Below are positions 1-9,416 of a DNA stretch of 34,822 nt, in pieces; position 1 is the stretch's first letter, and each line of letters opens with the position of its first letter. Under the pieces are notes generated by a model, which saw nothing but the letters and a program-made list of their open reading frames with translations, did no database searches and was not told the DNA's origin. The DNA lies in contig JALWLB010000150.1 of NCBI GenBank assembly GCA_027081145.1, positions 1 through 34,822 of the forward strand. Direction: 5' to 3'. The translations under genes were made by a program, and so were the position numbers. This DNA is from Campylobacterales bacterium (GTDB lineage: Bacteria; Campylobacterota; Campylobacteria; Campylobacterales; QNZT01).

Positions 1-56
1 AGATTATGAAATAAGGTAATTTAAGTATTTTTTCAGGAAAAATTCAGGAGGAATGT

Positions 57-115
57 TCAGGGTTTGACTTTTGCCTTTTGAGAGACAAAAAGGCAAAAGG
101 CAAACCCTGACCCCC
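57..115. repeat. Long palindrome (REP-like hairpin), possibly also the terminator between convergent genes
   Basis: TCAGGGTTTG-A-CTTTTGCCTTTT (57-79) pairs with AAAAGGCAAAAG-G-CAAACCCTGA (88-110): 22 of 23 bp, 8-nt loop, followed by CCCCC. It lies 2 nt past the stop of the minus-strand ATPase. Confidence 0.6.
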
Positions 116-116
116 G

Positions 117-1430
117 TTAAAGAAGGAGCCATTTTAAAATATTTACAACCTCAATAGTACTATTTTGATACTCTATTTTGCTATCTTGATCTTCTGCAAT
201 GATAAGTAATTTCACCTCTTTTTCATCTAATTTTAACTCTTGCATACTCTTAAACAATCCAGCTATTTCTCTATCTTTGGTTTTTTGGGTTTTTAAGGTA
301 GTGCTTACTTGTATGAGTTTTACTATTTTATTACCTTTTTGAACAACAAAATCACACTCAAGATCATTTGAAGTCTTATAATAAAATACTTGATAATCTC
401 TTCGTAAAAGTTCTAAAAAAACTATGCTCTCTATATCATTACCTCTATTTTGCAAATTTGGTACTCTATATATATTTGAAAGTCCTAAATCTATACTATA
501 ATATTTTTTTTCATTAACATTTTGTTTTTTCAGTGAGTAATCGAACTTTTTTACCTCAAATATCATATACGCATTTTTTAAATACTCTATATAACTACTT
601 GCCATATCAAAAGAGATACTAAAGTTATTTTTCAATTTATTGATACTCTGTATAATACCACTATTGCTCAATAAAAATGCTGCAATCTCTTCTAATTTAT
701 AAAAATCTTTTAATTTATAACGAGCAACTATATCCTTTAGTAAAATAGAATCTTTATAAGTTATCAAAAGATCTTTTTTTTGCTCTTTAGGATAAAATGG
801 CACTTTTGGAAATGCTCCATATAGCAAATACTCCTCAAAAGCTCTCATGATTTTTATCTTATGCTGTACAAAATCTAGCATACTTTTGATATTAATATTT
901 AAAAATCCCAAATACTCTTTGAAACTTAAAGGATATACTGTACAACTAAGATATCTTCCACTTAAAGTTGTCGCTATTTCACTACTAAGCATTGAAGAGT
1001 TTGAACCTGTAATAATTAAATTAGATTTTTTTAATTCGTACTCTTTATTAACCCATTTTTCCCAATTTGGAATATTTTGAACCTCATCTAAAAAAATATA
1101 TGGTTTAGACTTTGGATTTAGATATTGTAAATATGTATCTTTTATGTTTTCCAACAATTCAACATCTAAATGATTTATAAATCTTGGATCTTCAAGATTA
1201 ACAAAAAGGATATCTTCTTTGTCTATTTTATTGTTTATTAATTGTTTTATTTGATTTATCAAAAGTGTAGATTTTCCACTTCGTCTAACTCCTTTTAAAA
1301 CAATTATTTCATCATTTTTTAAAAAATTGGCTATTTTATGATCATAAAAATCTCTCTTTTTAGTATCTATTATATCCTTATTCCAATAGTTCCAATCATT
1401 TAAAACTTCTAGTATTTTTGTTTTATCCAA
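117..1430 (-). CDS. AAA+ ATP-binding protein (AAA_14 + DUF4143 type)
   Basis: Walker A GVRRSGKS, Walker B IFLDEVQ, ITGSNSSML, YYSIDLGL, C-terminal ECDFVV...LIQVS nuclease-like motif. TTG start with AGGA upstream. Confidence 0.88.
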   Translation of the reverse strand: MDKTKILEVLNDWNYWNKDIIDTKKRDFYDHKIANFLKNDEIIVLKGVRRSGKSTLLINQIKQLINNKIDKEDILFVNLEDPRFINHLDVELLENIKDTYLQYLNPKSKPYIFLDEVQNIPNWEKWVNKEYELKKSNLIITGSNSSMLSSEIATTLSGRYLSCTVYPLSFKEYLGFLNINIKSMLDFVQHKIKIMRAFEEYLLYGAFPKVPFYPKEQKKDLLITYKDSILLKDIVARYKLKDFYKLEEIAAFLLSNSGIIQSINKLKNNFSISFDMASSYIEYLKNAYMIFEVKKFDYSLKKQNVNEKKYYSIDLGLSNIYRVPNLQNRGNDIESIVFLELLRRDYQVFYYKTSNDLECDFVVQKGNKIVKLIQVSTTLKTQKTKDREIAGLFKSMQELKLDEKEVKLLIIAEDQDSKIEYQNSTIEVVNILKWLLL

Positions 1431-1479
1431 TAATTTTTCCTAAAATTGTTTGGTGTATCTTATAATTATTTACCTTTAA

Positions 1480-2043
1480 TTAAAATAAATGACCCATTTT
1501 CTCTTTTTTTACTCTTAAGTACTCTTCATTATAGTCATTTGCATCCATGATTATTGGCAATCTTTCGACAATTTGAATATCTTGAAATCCAAAGACTTTT
1601 TTTGGATTGTTTGTTAGTAGTTTTATCTTTTTGATTTTATAATGATTTAATATATACTCTACTATCTCATAAGTTCTCTCATCTGTCATAAAGCCTAATT
1701 GATGATTTGCCTCTACTGTATCTAATCCTTTATCTTGAAGAGCATAAGCATTGACCTTATTTAAAAGACCAATATTTCTACCCTCTTGTCTTAGATAAAT
1801 TACCATACCACCATTTTGATTGATAATCTTCAAAGAGGATGCAAGTTGATCTCTACAATCACACTTCAAACTCCCAATCGCATCACCTGTTAAACATTCG
1901 CTATGGATTCTGACTATTGGAATCTCTTTTATAGGCTCTTTAAAAACTACCAAATGCTCTTTGACGCCCTCTTTAAAAGATTGTATTTTAAAGTGTCCAA
2001 AGATAGTTGGTAAATTAGCGATATTTGATATATTTACATTCAT
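1480..2043 (-). CDS. ribA: GTP cyclohydrolase II
   Basis: [26 protein letters not shown] and LLTNNPKK motifs. Confidence 0.97.
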   Translation of the reverse strand: MNVNISNIANLPTIFGHFKIQSFKEGVKEHLVVFKEPIKEIPIVRIHSECLTGDAIGSLKCDCRDQLASSLKIINQNGGMVIYLRQEGRNIGLLNKVNAYALQDKGLDTVEANHQLGFMTDERTYEIVEYILNHYKIKKIKLLTNNPKKVFGFQDIQIVERLPIIMDANDYNEEYLRVKKEKMGHLF

Positions 2044-2065
2044 TGTTTTTTTATTTCCTAAATTA

Positions 2066-2074
2066 TGGTAAAAT
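2066..2074 (+). promoter_or_regulatory. Extended -10 promoter for the hemB operon
   Basis: TGGTAAAAT (TGn-TAAAAT), 43 nt upstream of the hemB ATG. Confidence 0.5.
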
Positions 2075-2117
2075 GTTTTCTTTTAAATTTTTATATTATC
2101 ACACTCAAGGAAAAAAG

Positions 2118-3083
2118 ATGTTTAAAAGATTTAGAAGGCTTAGAATCAATAAAACTCTAAGGGAGCTTCTTAGTGAAACTTCACTTAGTAAAAATGACTT
2201 TATCTATCCACTTTTTATAAAGAAAGGTAAAAATATCAAAAAAGAGATAAGCTCTATGCCTGGAGTTTTTCAAATGAGTATAGATCAAATCTTAAAAGAG
2301 TGTGAAGAGTTACAAAAATTGGGATTAAATTCTATTATATTGTTTGGAATTCCTGAAATCAAAGATAGCATTGGTAGTGATGCTTTGTGTGAACATGGAG
2401 TTATAGCCTCTAGTGTAAAAGCTATCAAAAAAGAGTTCCCTGATATGTTTGTAACAACCGATCTTTGTTTTTGTGAATTTACAGATCATGGGCATTGTGG
2501 AATTTTAGATATGAAAAATCAAACAGTTGATAATGATGCTACGCTGGAAATTCTTGGTAAACAAGCCATCATTCACGCACAAAGTGGAGCTGATATGATA
2601 GCACCAAGTGGTATGATGGATGGTATGATAAGTGCCATTAGAGAAGCACTAGATAGCGAAGGATTTGTAAATCTTCCTATTATGAGCTACTCTACAAAAT
2701 TTGCTTCGGCCTATTATGGACCATTTCGTGATGTGGCTGAGAGTAGTCCAAGTTTTGGAGATAGAAGAAGTTATCAAATGAATCCAGCCAATAGAAATGA
2801 AGCCATTTTAGAATCACTTGAAGATGAGAGAGAAGGAGCTGATATACTTATGGTTAAACCTGCTTTATCTTATCTCGATATCATAAGAGATATCAAAGAG
2901 CACTCACTACTTCCACTTGCAGCTTATAATGTAAGTGGAGAGTATGCAATGTTACAAGCTGCAAAAAAAGCTGGTGTGATTGATTATGAGAAGGTTATGT
3001 TAGAGACGCTTTTAAGCTTCAAAAGAGCAGGAGCTGATATCATCATAACTTATCATGCAAAAGAGGTGGCAAGACTGTTATGA
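2118..3083 (+). CDS. hemB: Porphobilinogen synthase (ALA dehydratase)
   Basis: [41 protein letters not shown]. Start moved from 2025 to ATG 2118, which follows an AAGGA RBS (MFKRFRRLR). Confidence 0.97.
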   Translation: MFKRFRRLRINKTLRELLSETSLSKNDFIYPLFIKKGKNIKKEISSMPGVFQMSIDQILKECEELQKLGLNSIILFGIPEIKDSIGSDALCEHGVIASSVKAIKKEFPDMFVTTDLCFCEFTDHGHCGILDMKNQTVDNDATLEILGKQAIIHAQSGADMIAPSGMMDGMISAIREALDSEGFVNLPIMSYSTKFASAYYGPFRDVAESSPSFGDRRSYQMNPANRNEAILESLEDEREGADILMVKPALSYLDIIRDIKEHSLLPLAAYNVSGEYAMLQAAKKAGVIDYEKVMLETLLSFKRAGADIIITYHAKEVARLL

Positions 3084-3997
3084 GACACTTTTTAACACTG
3101 GAAGATTTTTCCAAAGAAGAGATTTTAGAGATTATCAACCTTGCAATAAAAATCAAAAACAAACCCAAAAAAAAGAGATATCTAAAAGGTAAAACTCTTG
3201 GTATGATATTTGAAAAATCAAGTACCAGAACTAGAGTTAGCTTTGAAGTTGGAATGTTTGAGCTTGGTGGACATGCACTATTTTTATCTCACGATGATAT
3301 ACAATTAGGCAGAGGAGAGCCTTTAAAAGATACTGCAAGAGTTCTCTCAAGAATGCTTGATTTTGTAATGATTAGAACTTATGAGCATAAAAATTTAGAA
3401 GAGTTTGCTTCATACTCTAGCATTCCTGTTATAAATGGTTTAAGTGATGATTTTCATCCTGTACAACTTATGGCCGATTATATGAGTATGGTTGAGTACA
3501 AAAAAGATAAAAATCCAATAGTTGCTTATATAGGAGATGGAAACAATATGGCTCACTCTTGGCTCATGCTTAGTGCTAAGCTTGGATTTGAGCTTCGAGT
3601 AGCCTCTCCAAAAGGGTATGAGTGTGATGGACTTATCATACATAAGGCTTTAAAAATAGCTAAAAAATCAAATGCAAAAATAAGATTTTTTCATAATCCA
3701 AAAGAGGCTATAAAAAATGCCGATGTAGTCACAACCGATACTTGGATATCTATGGGTCAAGAAGATGAAAAAGAGCAAAAAATAAGGGATTTTAAAGGCT
3801 ACATGATAGATAATGAGCTTTTAAGCCTTGCAAAAAAGAGTGCAATATTTTTACACTGTTTACCAGCATATAGAGGCTATGAAGTGAGCGAAGAGGTATT
3901 AGAAGGGGATCAAAGTATCATATTTGATGAGGCTGAAAATCGTCTTCATGTACAAAAGGCGATTTTAGTATGGCTAGATAAACAAAGGAAAAAGTGA
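3080..3997 (+). CDS. argF: Ornithine carbamoyltransferase
   Basis: STRTR, HPVQ, WISMG and HCLP motifs. Confidence 0.97.
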   Translation: MRHFLTLEDFSKEEILEIINLAIKIKNKPKKKRYLKGKTLGMIFEKSSTRTRVSFEVGMFELGGHALFLSHDDIQLGRGEPLKDTARVLSRMLDFVMIRTYEHKNLEEFASYSSIPVINGLSDDFHPVQLMADYMSMVEYKKDKNPIVAYIGDGNNMAHSWLMLSAKLGFELRVASPKGYECDGLIIHKALKIAKKSNAKIRFFHNPKEAIKNADVVTTDTWISMGQEDEKEQKIRDFKGYMIDNELLSLAKKSAIFLHCLPAYRGYEVSEEVLEGDQSIIFDEAENRLHVQKAILVWLDKQRKK

Positions 3998-4491
3998 TGA
4001 AAAAAGAGAACAATAGTACCGATATAACAACAAATTTGGATAATCTTGCAAAAAATTTAGATCTTGGCAATGGTGAAGAGACTACACTTTTAGAGATAGA
4101 AAATACAGATGATCCAAATATAAAAAAGCTACATCTTAAAAAAGGAAGCTGGGAATCCAATAATCCATGGCTTGCAGTTGATAAAAATGATGAAAAAAAA
4201 GTTTATGCTTTTGTTCCTGTTGATATCCTATCAAAAGTGCTTAACAGTTCAAGAGAAATCCAACAAGAAAATTTTAATTTAAAGCTTGAAAAGACTATTT
4301 GGCAAAATATTCCAATAGATTTTGAAGATGTTAGAATTGTAGCAATGGATGAGATAAAAAAACTTGCTGCGAAACAAAAAGATAAGACAGTAGTTAGTGT
4401 TAATCTCGAACAGCTTATTCAAAAGATCAAAAGTGAACATCCAAATCTTTTTTTAAATATAAAAGAGTTATATCCTCAATTAAACAACTAA
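3994..4491 (+). CDS. Conserved Campylobacterota protein (DUF2603-like)
   Basis: [22 protein letters not shown] and EHPNLF motifs. Sits between argF and hemN as in Campylobacter. Confidence 0.75.
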   Translation: MMKKENNSTDITTNLDNLAKNLDLGNGEETTLLEIENTDDPNIKKLHLKKGSWESNNPWLAVDKNDEKKVYAFVPVDILSKVLNSSREIQQENFNLKLEKTIWQNIPIDFEDVRIVAMDEIKKLAAKQKDKTVVSVNLEQLIQKIKSEHPNLFLNIKELYPQLNN

Positions 4492-4503
4492 AAGGCAAAC
4501 TAC

Positions 4504-5871
4504 ATGATTGATTATAACAAGTTTACAAAGTATTCAAAACCAGGACCTAGATATACAAGCTACCCAACAGCAGTAGAGTTTCATGAAGGTTTTGATGCAA
4601 ATTTATATATAGAGGAGTTAAATAGACAAGATAATAAAAAACCTCTATCTCTCTATTTTCATTTGCCATTTTGTAGATCTGCTTGTTATTTTTGTGGATG
4701 TAATGTAGTCTATACCTCTAAAGAGGATAAAAAAGATAGATATATTGATTATATAGAAAAAGAGTTATCAATTCTTTCAAATCATGTAGATACAAACAGA
4801 GAGGTAATTCAGCTCCATTTTGGTGGAGGAACTCCAACATTTTTTGATAAAAAACAACTCCAAAAAGTAGTATCAGCTATCAAAAAACATTTTAATAACT
4901 TTTCTAATGATGCTGAAATAAGCTGTGAAATTGATCCTAGATTTTTTACAAAAGATCATATGGATATCTTAAAAGATGCTGGATTTAATCGTATAAGTTT
5001 TGGTGTGCAAGATTTTGATGAAAAAGTACAAATTGCTATACATCGTATCCAATCTTTTGAAGTGACTAAAAATGCAGTTAAACTTGCAAGAGATGCAGGA
5101 ATTGAATCGATCAATATTGATCTTATATATGGATTGCCTTATCAAAGCTTTGAGAGTTTTAAAAAGACTCTTGATATGGTATTAAAACTTGATCCAAATA
5201 GATTGGCTGTTTTTAACTACGCTCATGTACCTTGGATGAAAAAGACAATGAGAAAGATAGATGAAACCACCCTACCCCATCCATCGGTAAAATTGGAAAT
5301 TTTAAAATATACTATAGATTTTTTTGAAAACAGTGGTTACAAAATGATAGGTATGGATCACTTTGCAAAACCTGATGATGAGCTATTTTTGGCAATCGAA
5401 AAAGGTGAACTTCATAGAAATTTTCAAGGATATACTACAAAAGGTGGAGCTGATCTTATAGGTATTGGATTAACCAGTATCGGTGAGGGGGCTGATTATT
5501 ATGTGCAAAATTACAAAGATATGAAAGATTATGAAAATGCGATAGATGAGGGAAGACTTCCAGTTCATAGAGGAGTTAAGCTAAATGAAGATGATTTGAT
5601 ACGAAACTATGTTATTATGGAGCTTATGAGTAATTTTAAACTAAATATACCTAGAGTTGAAAAAAAGTTTAATATCAACTTTTTTGAATATTTTAAAGAC
5701 TCAGTTACACATTTAGAGGATTTAATCGAAGCTAAGCTTGTATCAATCTCAGATACAGAGATAAAAGCTAGTACAACTGGAACTATGCTCATTAGAAATA
5801 TCGCTATGGCATTTGATGCATATTTGCATAAAATACCTCAAGAGCAAAGAAAATTTAGCAAAACAATCTAA
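4504..5871 (+). CDS. hemN: Oxygen-independent coproporphyrinogen III oxidase
   Basis: GPRYTSYP, radical-SAM CRSACYFC, HFGGGTP, RNFQGY. Confidence 0.97.
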   Translation: MIDYNKFTKYSKPGPRYTSYPTAVEFHEGFDANLYIEELNRQDNKKPLSLYFHLPFCRSACYFCGCNVVYTSKEDKKDRYIDYIEKELSILSNHVDTNREVIQLHFGGGTPTFFDKKQLQKVVSAIKKHFNNFSNDAEISCEIDPRFFTKDHMDILKDAGFNRISFGVQDFDEKVQIAIHRIQSFEVTKNAVKLARDAGIESINIDLIYGLPYQSFESFKKTLDMVLKLDPNRLAVFNYAHVPWMKKTMRKIDETTLPHPSVKLEILKYTIDFFENSGYKMIGMDHFAKPDDELFLAIEKGELHRNFQGYTTKGGADLIGIGLTSIGEGADYYVQNYKDMKDYENAIDEGRLPVHRGVKLNEDDLIRNYVIMELMSNFKLNIPRVEKKFNINFFEYFKDSVTHLEDLIEAKLVSISDTEIKASTTGTMLIRNIAMAFDAYLHKIPQEQRKFSKTI

Positions 5872-6009
5872 TGAAACACTCATGATTTTTGATAAAATCA
5901 TAATTAAAGACAAAAATCGTAAGTGTTTTATTTCTTGTCCGTTAGGACAAAGCTTTAGTGAGGGGAATTTTTGTTGGAATTCACTTCCAACAAAAAGGAG
6001 ATAATTAAT

Positions 6010-7290
6010 ATGAAAGATCTTAAAAGTTTTAATTTTACCAAAATTAGTGATGATTGTGTAAAGTGTGGTAAATGTATCCCAACTTGTACTATTTATAATA
6101 TCAACAAAGATGAAACAACCTCTCCTAGAGGATTTTTAGATCTTTTGGGTGCTTATCAAAGAGGTGACTTAGAGTTAGATAAAAACGCAAAAGATATCTT
6201 TGAGAGCTGTTTTTTATGTACAAATTGTGTAGATGTATGCCCAAATGATCTCCCTGTTGATACGATGATAGAACAAGTAAGAAATGATATAAGAAAAAAG
6301 TACTCTTTAGCAACTTATAAAAAGGTATTTTTCTATCTGCTTCGTCATCGATTTACTATGGATATATTGGCTAAACTTGGATGGGTTTTTCAAACATGTG
6401 GATTTAAGATAAAAAAAGAGATCAGCTCTATGCAACCTAGATTTAATCTGCCTCTAATTAAAAAAGATAGACTCTTGCCATCTTTAAAATCGAAAACTTT
6501 TCTAAACTCTTATCCAAAAGTTATAGATCATGGAGGAGAGGGAAAGGTTGGTATATTTATAGGTTGTCTTGGAAATTATACATATACTGAGATTGGAAAA
6601 TCTCTTCTTGAGATACTAAAAGAGTTAAAGATAGATGCTCATCTAATCAAAAAACAGTTATGTTGTGGAGCACCTGCATATTTTACAGGAGATTTTGATA
6701 CGGTTGAATATTTAGCCAAACACAATATAGAGTATTTTGAGAGTTTTATCGATGATCTTGATGCTATTATCATACCAGAAGCTACATGTTCAGCTATGAT
6801 AAAGATAGATTATCCTCACTTTTTTCATGATAATGAAGAGTTTAAACAAAGAGCAAAAAAATTGGATAAAAAGATATTTATGGCTACAAAATGGCTACAT
6901 GATAACACAAAATTAAAAGAGCTTTTAGAAAAAAAAGGTAAAAATTTAGATGAGCTTATAACCTATCATGATCCATGTCATGCAAAAAAAATGCAAGGAA
7001 TTTACAAAGAGCCACGAGAGTTAATCTCTAAAAATTATAATATCGTAGAGATGGAAGATCCTAATCGATGTTGTGGTTTTGGAGGTGTAACTATACAGAG
7101 TGAAAAATTTCATTTAGCCCAGGCAGCGGGGAAGCCAAAAGCAAAGATGATAAAAGAGACAAATGCAAAAATAGTAAGTGCTGAGTGTAGTGCTTGTAGG
7201 ATGCAAATAGCAAACTCTTTAAATGAAGCAGATGTAAATGTAGAGTTTAAAAACCCAATAGAGCTAATTGCAAAAGCTTTAAAAGAATAA
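6010..7290 (+). CDS. Fe-S oxidoreductase, GlcF-like, with CCG domains
   Basis: Two CxxCxxCxxxC ferredoxin motifs (CVKCGKCIPTC, CFLCTNCVDVCP), CCG motifs, YHDPCH. ATG 6010 follows AAGGAG. Confidence 0.88.
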   Translation: MKDLKSFNFTKISDDCVKCGKCIPTCTIYNINKDETTSPRGFLDLLGAYQRGDLELDKNAKDIFESCFLCTNCVDVCPNDLPVDTMIEQVRNDIRKKYSLATYKKVFFYLLRHRFTMDILAKLGWVFQTCGFKIKKEISSMQPRFNLPLIKKDRLLPSLKSKTFLNSYPKVIDHGGEGKVGIFIGCLGNYTYTEIGKSLLEILKELKIDAHLIKKQLCCGAPAYFTGDFDTVEYLAKHNIEYFESFIDDLDAIIIPEATCSAMIKIDYPHFFHDNEEFKQRAKKLDKKIFMATKWLHDNTKLKELLEKKGKNLDELITYHDPCHAKKMQGIYKEPRELISKNYNIVEMEDPNRCCGFGGVTIQSEKFHLAQAAGKPKAKMIKETNAKIVSAECSACRMQIANSLNEADVNVEFKNPIELIAKALKE

Positions 7291-7364
7291 ACAGTAATTT
7301 TTTAGGTCTTGACCTAAATATTATACCATATTTTTATGTTTTGAACCATATTTTTTAATACAAT

Positions 7365-8168
7365 TTAAACTTCACCTCTTTTTACAAGAATCTCTTTTAA
7401 CTCTTTTATCTCATTTTGTAATTTTAATAACTCTTTTTGGACACTATTTTCGCTTGAATGAACTTCACTTATTATATGTTGCTCTTCTTGTTCATTCATC
7501 TCATTCATCGCATCAACAACAATGGCAATAATAAGATTTACTATGATAAAAGTTGCTAAAAATATAAAAGGGATAAAAAATATCCAAGCATGAGGATACA
7601 CTTCCATAACAGGTCTAACTATACCCATAGACCAAGACTCAAGTGTCATAATTTGAAAAAGTGTATAAAATGATTCTCCAAGAGTACCAAACCACTCAGG
7701 AAACCTCTCTCCAAAAAGTTGCGTTGACATAATTGCAAATATATAAAAAAAGAGCATTAACAATCCAGCAATAGATAAAATACCAGGAATAACCCCTAAA
7801 AGAGCAGCAACAATTTTTCTCATTTGAGGTACTACAGTTATCAGTCTAAATAGTCTTAAAACTCTTAAAACTCTAAATATTTCAAGTCCACCACTAGCAG
7901 GAACTAAAGATATAGCAACTATAGTAAAATCAAATAAAGACCAAGGATCTTTAAAAAAAGCTTTTTTGTGTACATAAATTCGTAAAATAATCTCTATAGT
8001 AAATATCACAATAACAAGAGTATTAAAGAGTTCAAACCAAGAGTGATAGTTTGATGATAGACTTTTAGATGTCTCTAATCCCATAGTAATGCCATTGATA
8101 ACAATCAAAGCAATAATAAAATTTTGAAATAACTTACTCTCTACAAGAAGTTTTATCTTTTGATACAT
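7365..8168 (-). CDS. Bacterial voltage-gated sodium channel (NaChBac/NavAb family)
   Basis: 6-TM layout, S4 [10 protein letters not shown], selectivity filter TLESWS, C-terminal coiled coil. Confidence 0.92.
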   Translation of the reverse strand: MYQKIKLLVESKLFQNFIIALIVINGITMGLETSKSLSSNYHSWFELFNTLVIVIFTIEIILRIYVHKKAFFKDPWSLFDFTIVAISLVPASGGLEIFRVLRVLRLFRLITVVPQMRKIVAALLGVIPGILSIAGLLMLFFYIFAIMSTQLFGERFPEWFGTLGESFYTLFQIMTLESWSMGIVRPVMEVYPHAWIFFIPFIFLATFIIVNLIIAIVVDAMNEMNEQEEQHIISEVHSSENSVQKELLKLQNEIKELKEILVKRGEV

Positions 8169-8180
8169 TTAAAACTCCTA

Positions 8181-9347
8181 CTATTTTGGTTTTGCAAATC
8201 TTAAAACAAAATAACCAGCAACTCCTGAAAAGAGTGATCCTAAAAGTATTGCCAACTTATCGGCATAATTAAACATATTTGAGTCACTATATGCCAAAGT
8301 ATCTATAAAAAGACTCATAGTAAATCCAATTCCAGTCAATAGTGCAACTCCATAAAGTTGAATCCAACTGCTATCTTTTGGTAAAGTAGCAATTTTTAAT
8401 TTTACTGCTAAATATGAAAAACCAAATACTCCAACTTGTTTACCTATAAATAGCCCAAGCATAATACCTAATGGCACAGGAGATAACATCTGTTCAAGTG
8501 AAATACCTTTTAGATCAACCCCTGCATTTACAAACGCAAAAAGTGGTAAAATAAAAAATGCTACCCAATAGTGTAAATCGTGTTCTAACTCTTTTAACAT
8601 AGAGAACTCTTTACCATCTTTAGATTTTGACTTTAATGGAATCATAAATGCCAAAGCAACTCCAGCTAAAGTAGCATGAACACCAGATTTTAAAACACTA
8701 ACCCATAAAATTACTCCAACTAAAATAAAGGCTGCTTTTGTCAAAACACCAACTCTATTCATAACAAACAAAACAACAAGTGCCATGGAGGCTATAGTTA
8801 TAGATAAAGTAGATAAATTGCTAGTATAAAAAAGAGCAATAATCACAATAGCACCCAAATCATCCATAATAGCAAGTGCCATCAAAAAGATCTTTAATGA
8901 AACAGGCACTCTTTTGCCAAGAAGTGAAAGTATCCCTAGAGCAAAAGCGATATCAGTAGCTGTTGGTATAGCCCAACCTTGCATAGAAGATGCATCATGA
9001 TAATTAAATATAACAAAAACAAGTGCAGGGATTGCCATACCGCCAACAGCAGCAATAATAGGTAAAATTGCCTGTCTCATAGATGAGAGATGTCCCTCTA
9101 ACACCTCTCTTTTAACCTCCAACCCAATAAGAAAGAAAAATATCGCCATCAAGCCATCATTTACCCATAAAAGAAGTGGCTTTGCTATTTGAAACTCACC
9201 AAATCTTATCTCTACATGAGTATGCAAAAAACTACTATAAAGGCTTGAAAACATACTATTTTGCAAAAAAAGAGCCAAAATAGTTACAAAAATTAAAATA
9301 ATTCCAGACGATGATTCTTTTTTTATAAAATCTTTTAAAACACTCAT
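8181..9347 (-). CDS. nhaA: Na+/H+ antiporter NhaA
   Basis: WVNDGLMA, GLEVKRE, ATDIAF, AIMDDLG, GIGFTMS. ATG 9347 with AAGGG upstream is preferred over 9386. Confidence 0.96.
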   Translation of the reverse strand: MSVLKDFIKKESSSGIILIFVTILALFLQNSMFSSLYSSFLHTHVEIRFGEFQIAKPLLLWVNDGLMAIFFFLIGLEVKREVLEGHLSSMRQAILPIIAAVGGMAIPALVFVIFNYHDASSMQGWAIPTATDIAFALGILSLLGKRVPVSLKIFLMALAIMDDLGAIVIIALFYTSNLSTLSITIASMALVVLFVMNRVGVLTKAAFILVGVILWVSVLKSGVHATLAGVALAFMIPLKSKSKDGKEFSMLKELEHDLHYWVAFFILPLFAFVNAGVDLKGISLEQMLSPVPLGIMLGLFIGKQVGVFGFSYLAVKLKIATLPKDSSWIQLYGVALLTGIGFTMSLFIDTLAYSDSNMFNYADKLAILLGSLFSGVAGYFVLRFAKPK

Positions 9348-9416
9348 GAGCTTACCCTTAAATATATTTTTTATATAGTCTATCAAATATACCTAAAAGT
9401 ATCTCTTGAATTATAT

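Noticed and set aside
2025-2117. N-terminal extension of HemB (similar extensions at 5971, 9386, 21403 and 22198)
   Set aside because: Downstream starts have clear RBSs and match the family N-termini; the longer starts are ORF-caller artefacts.
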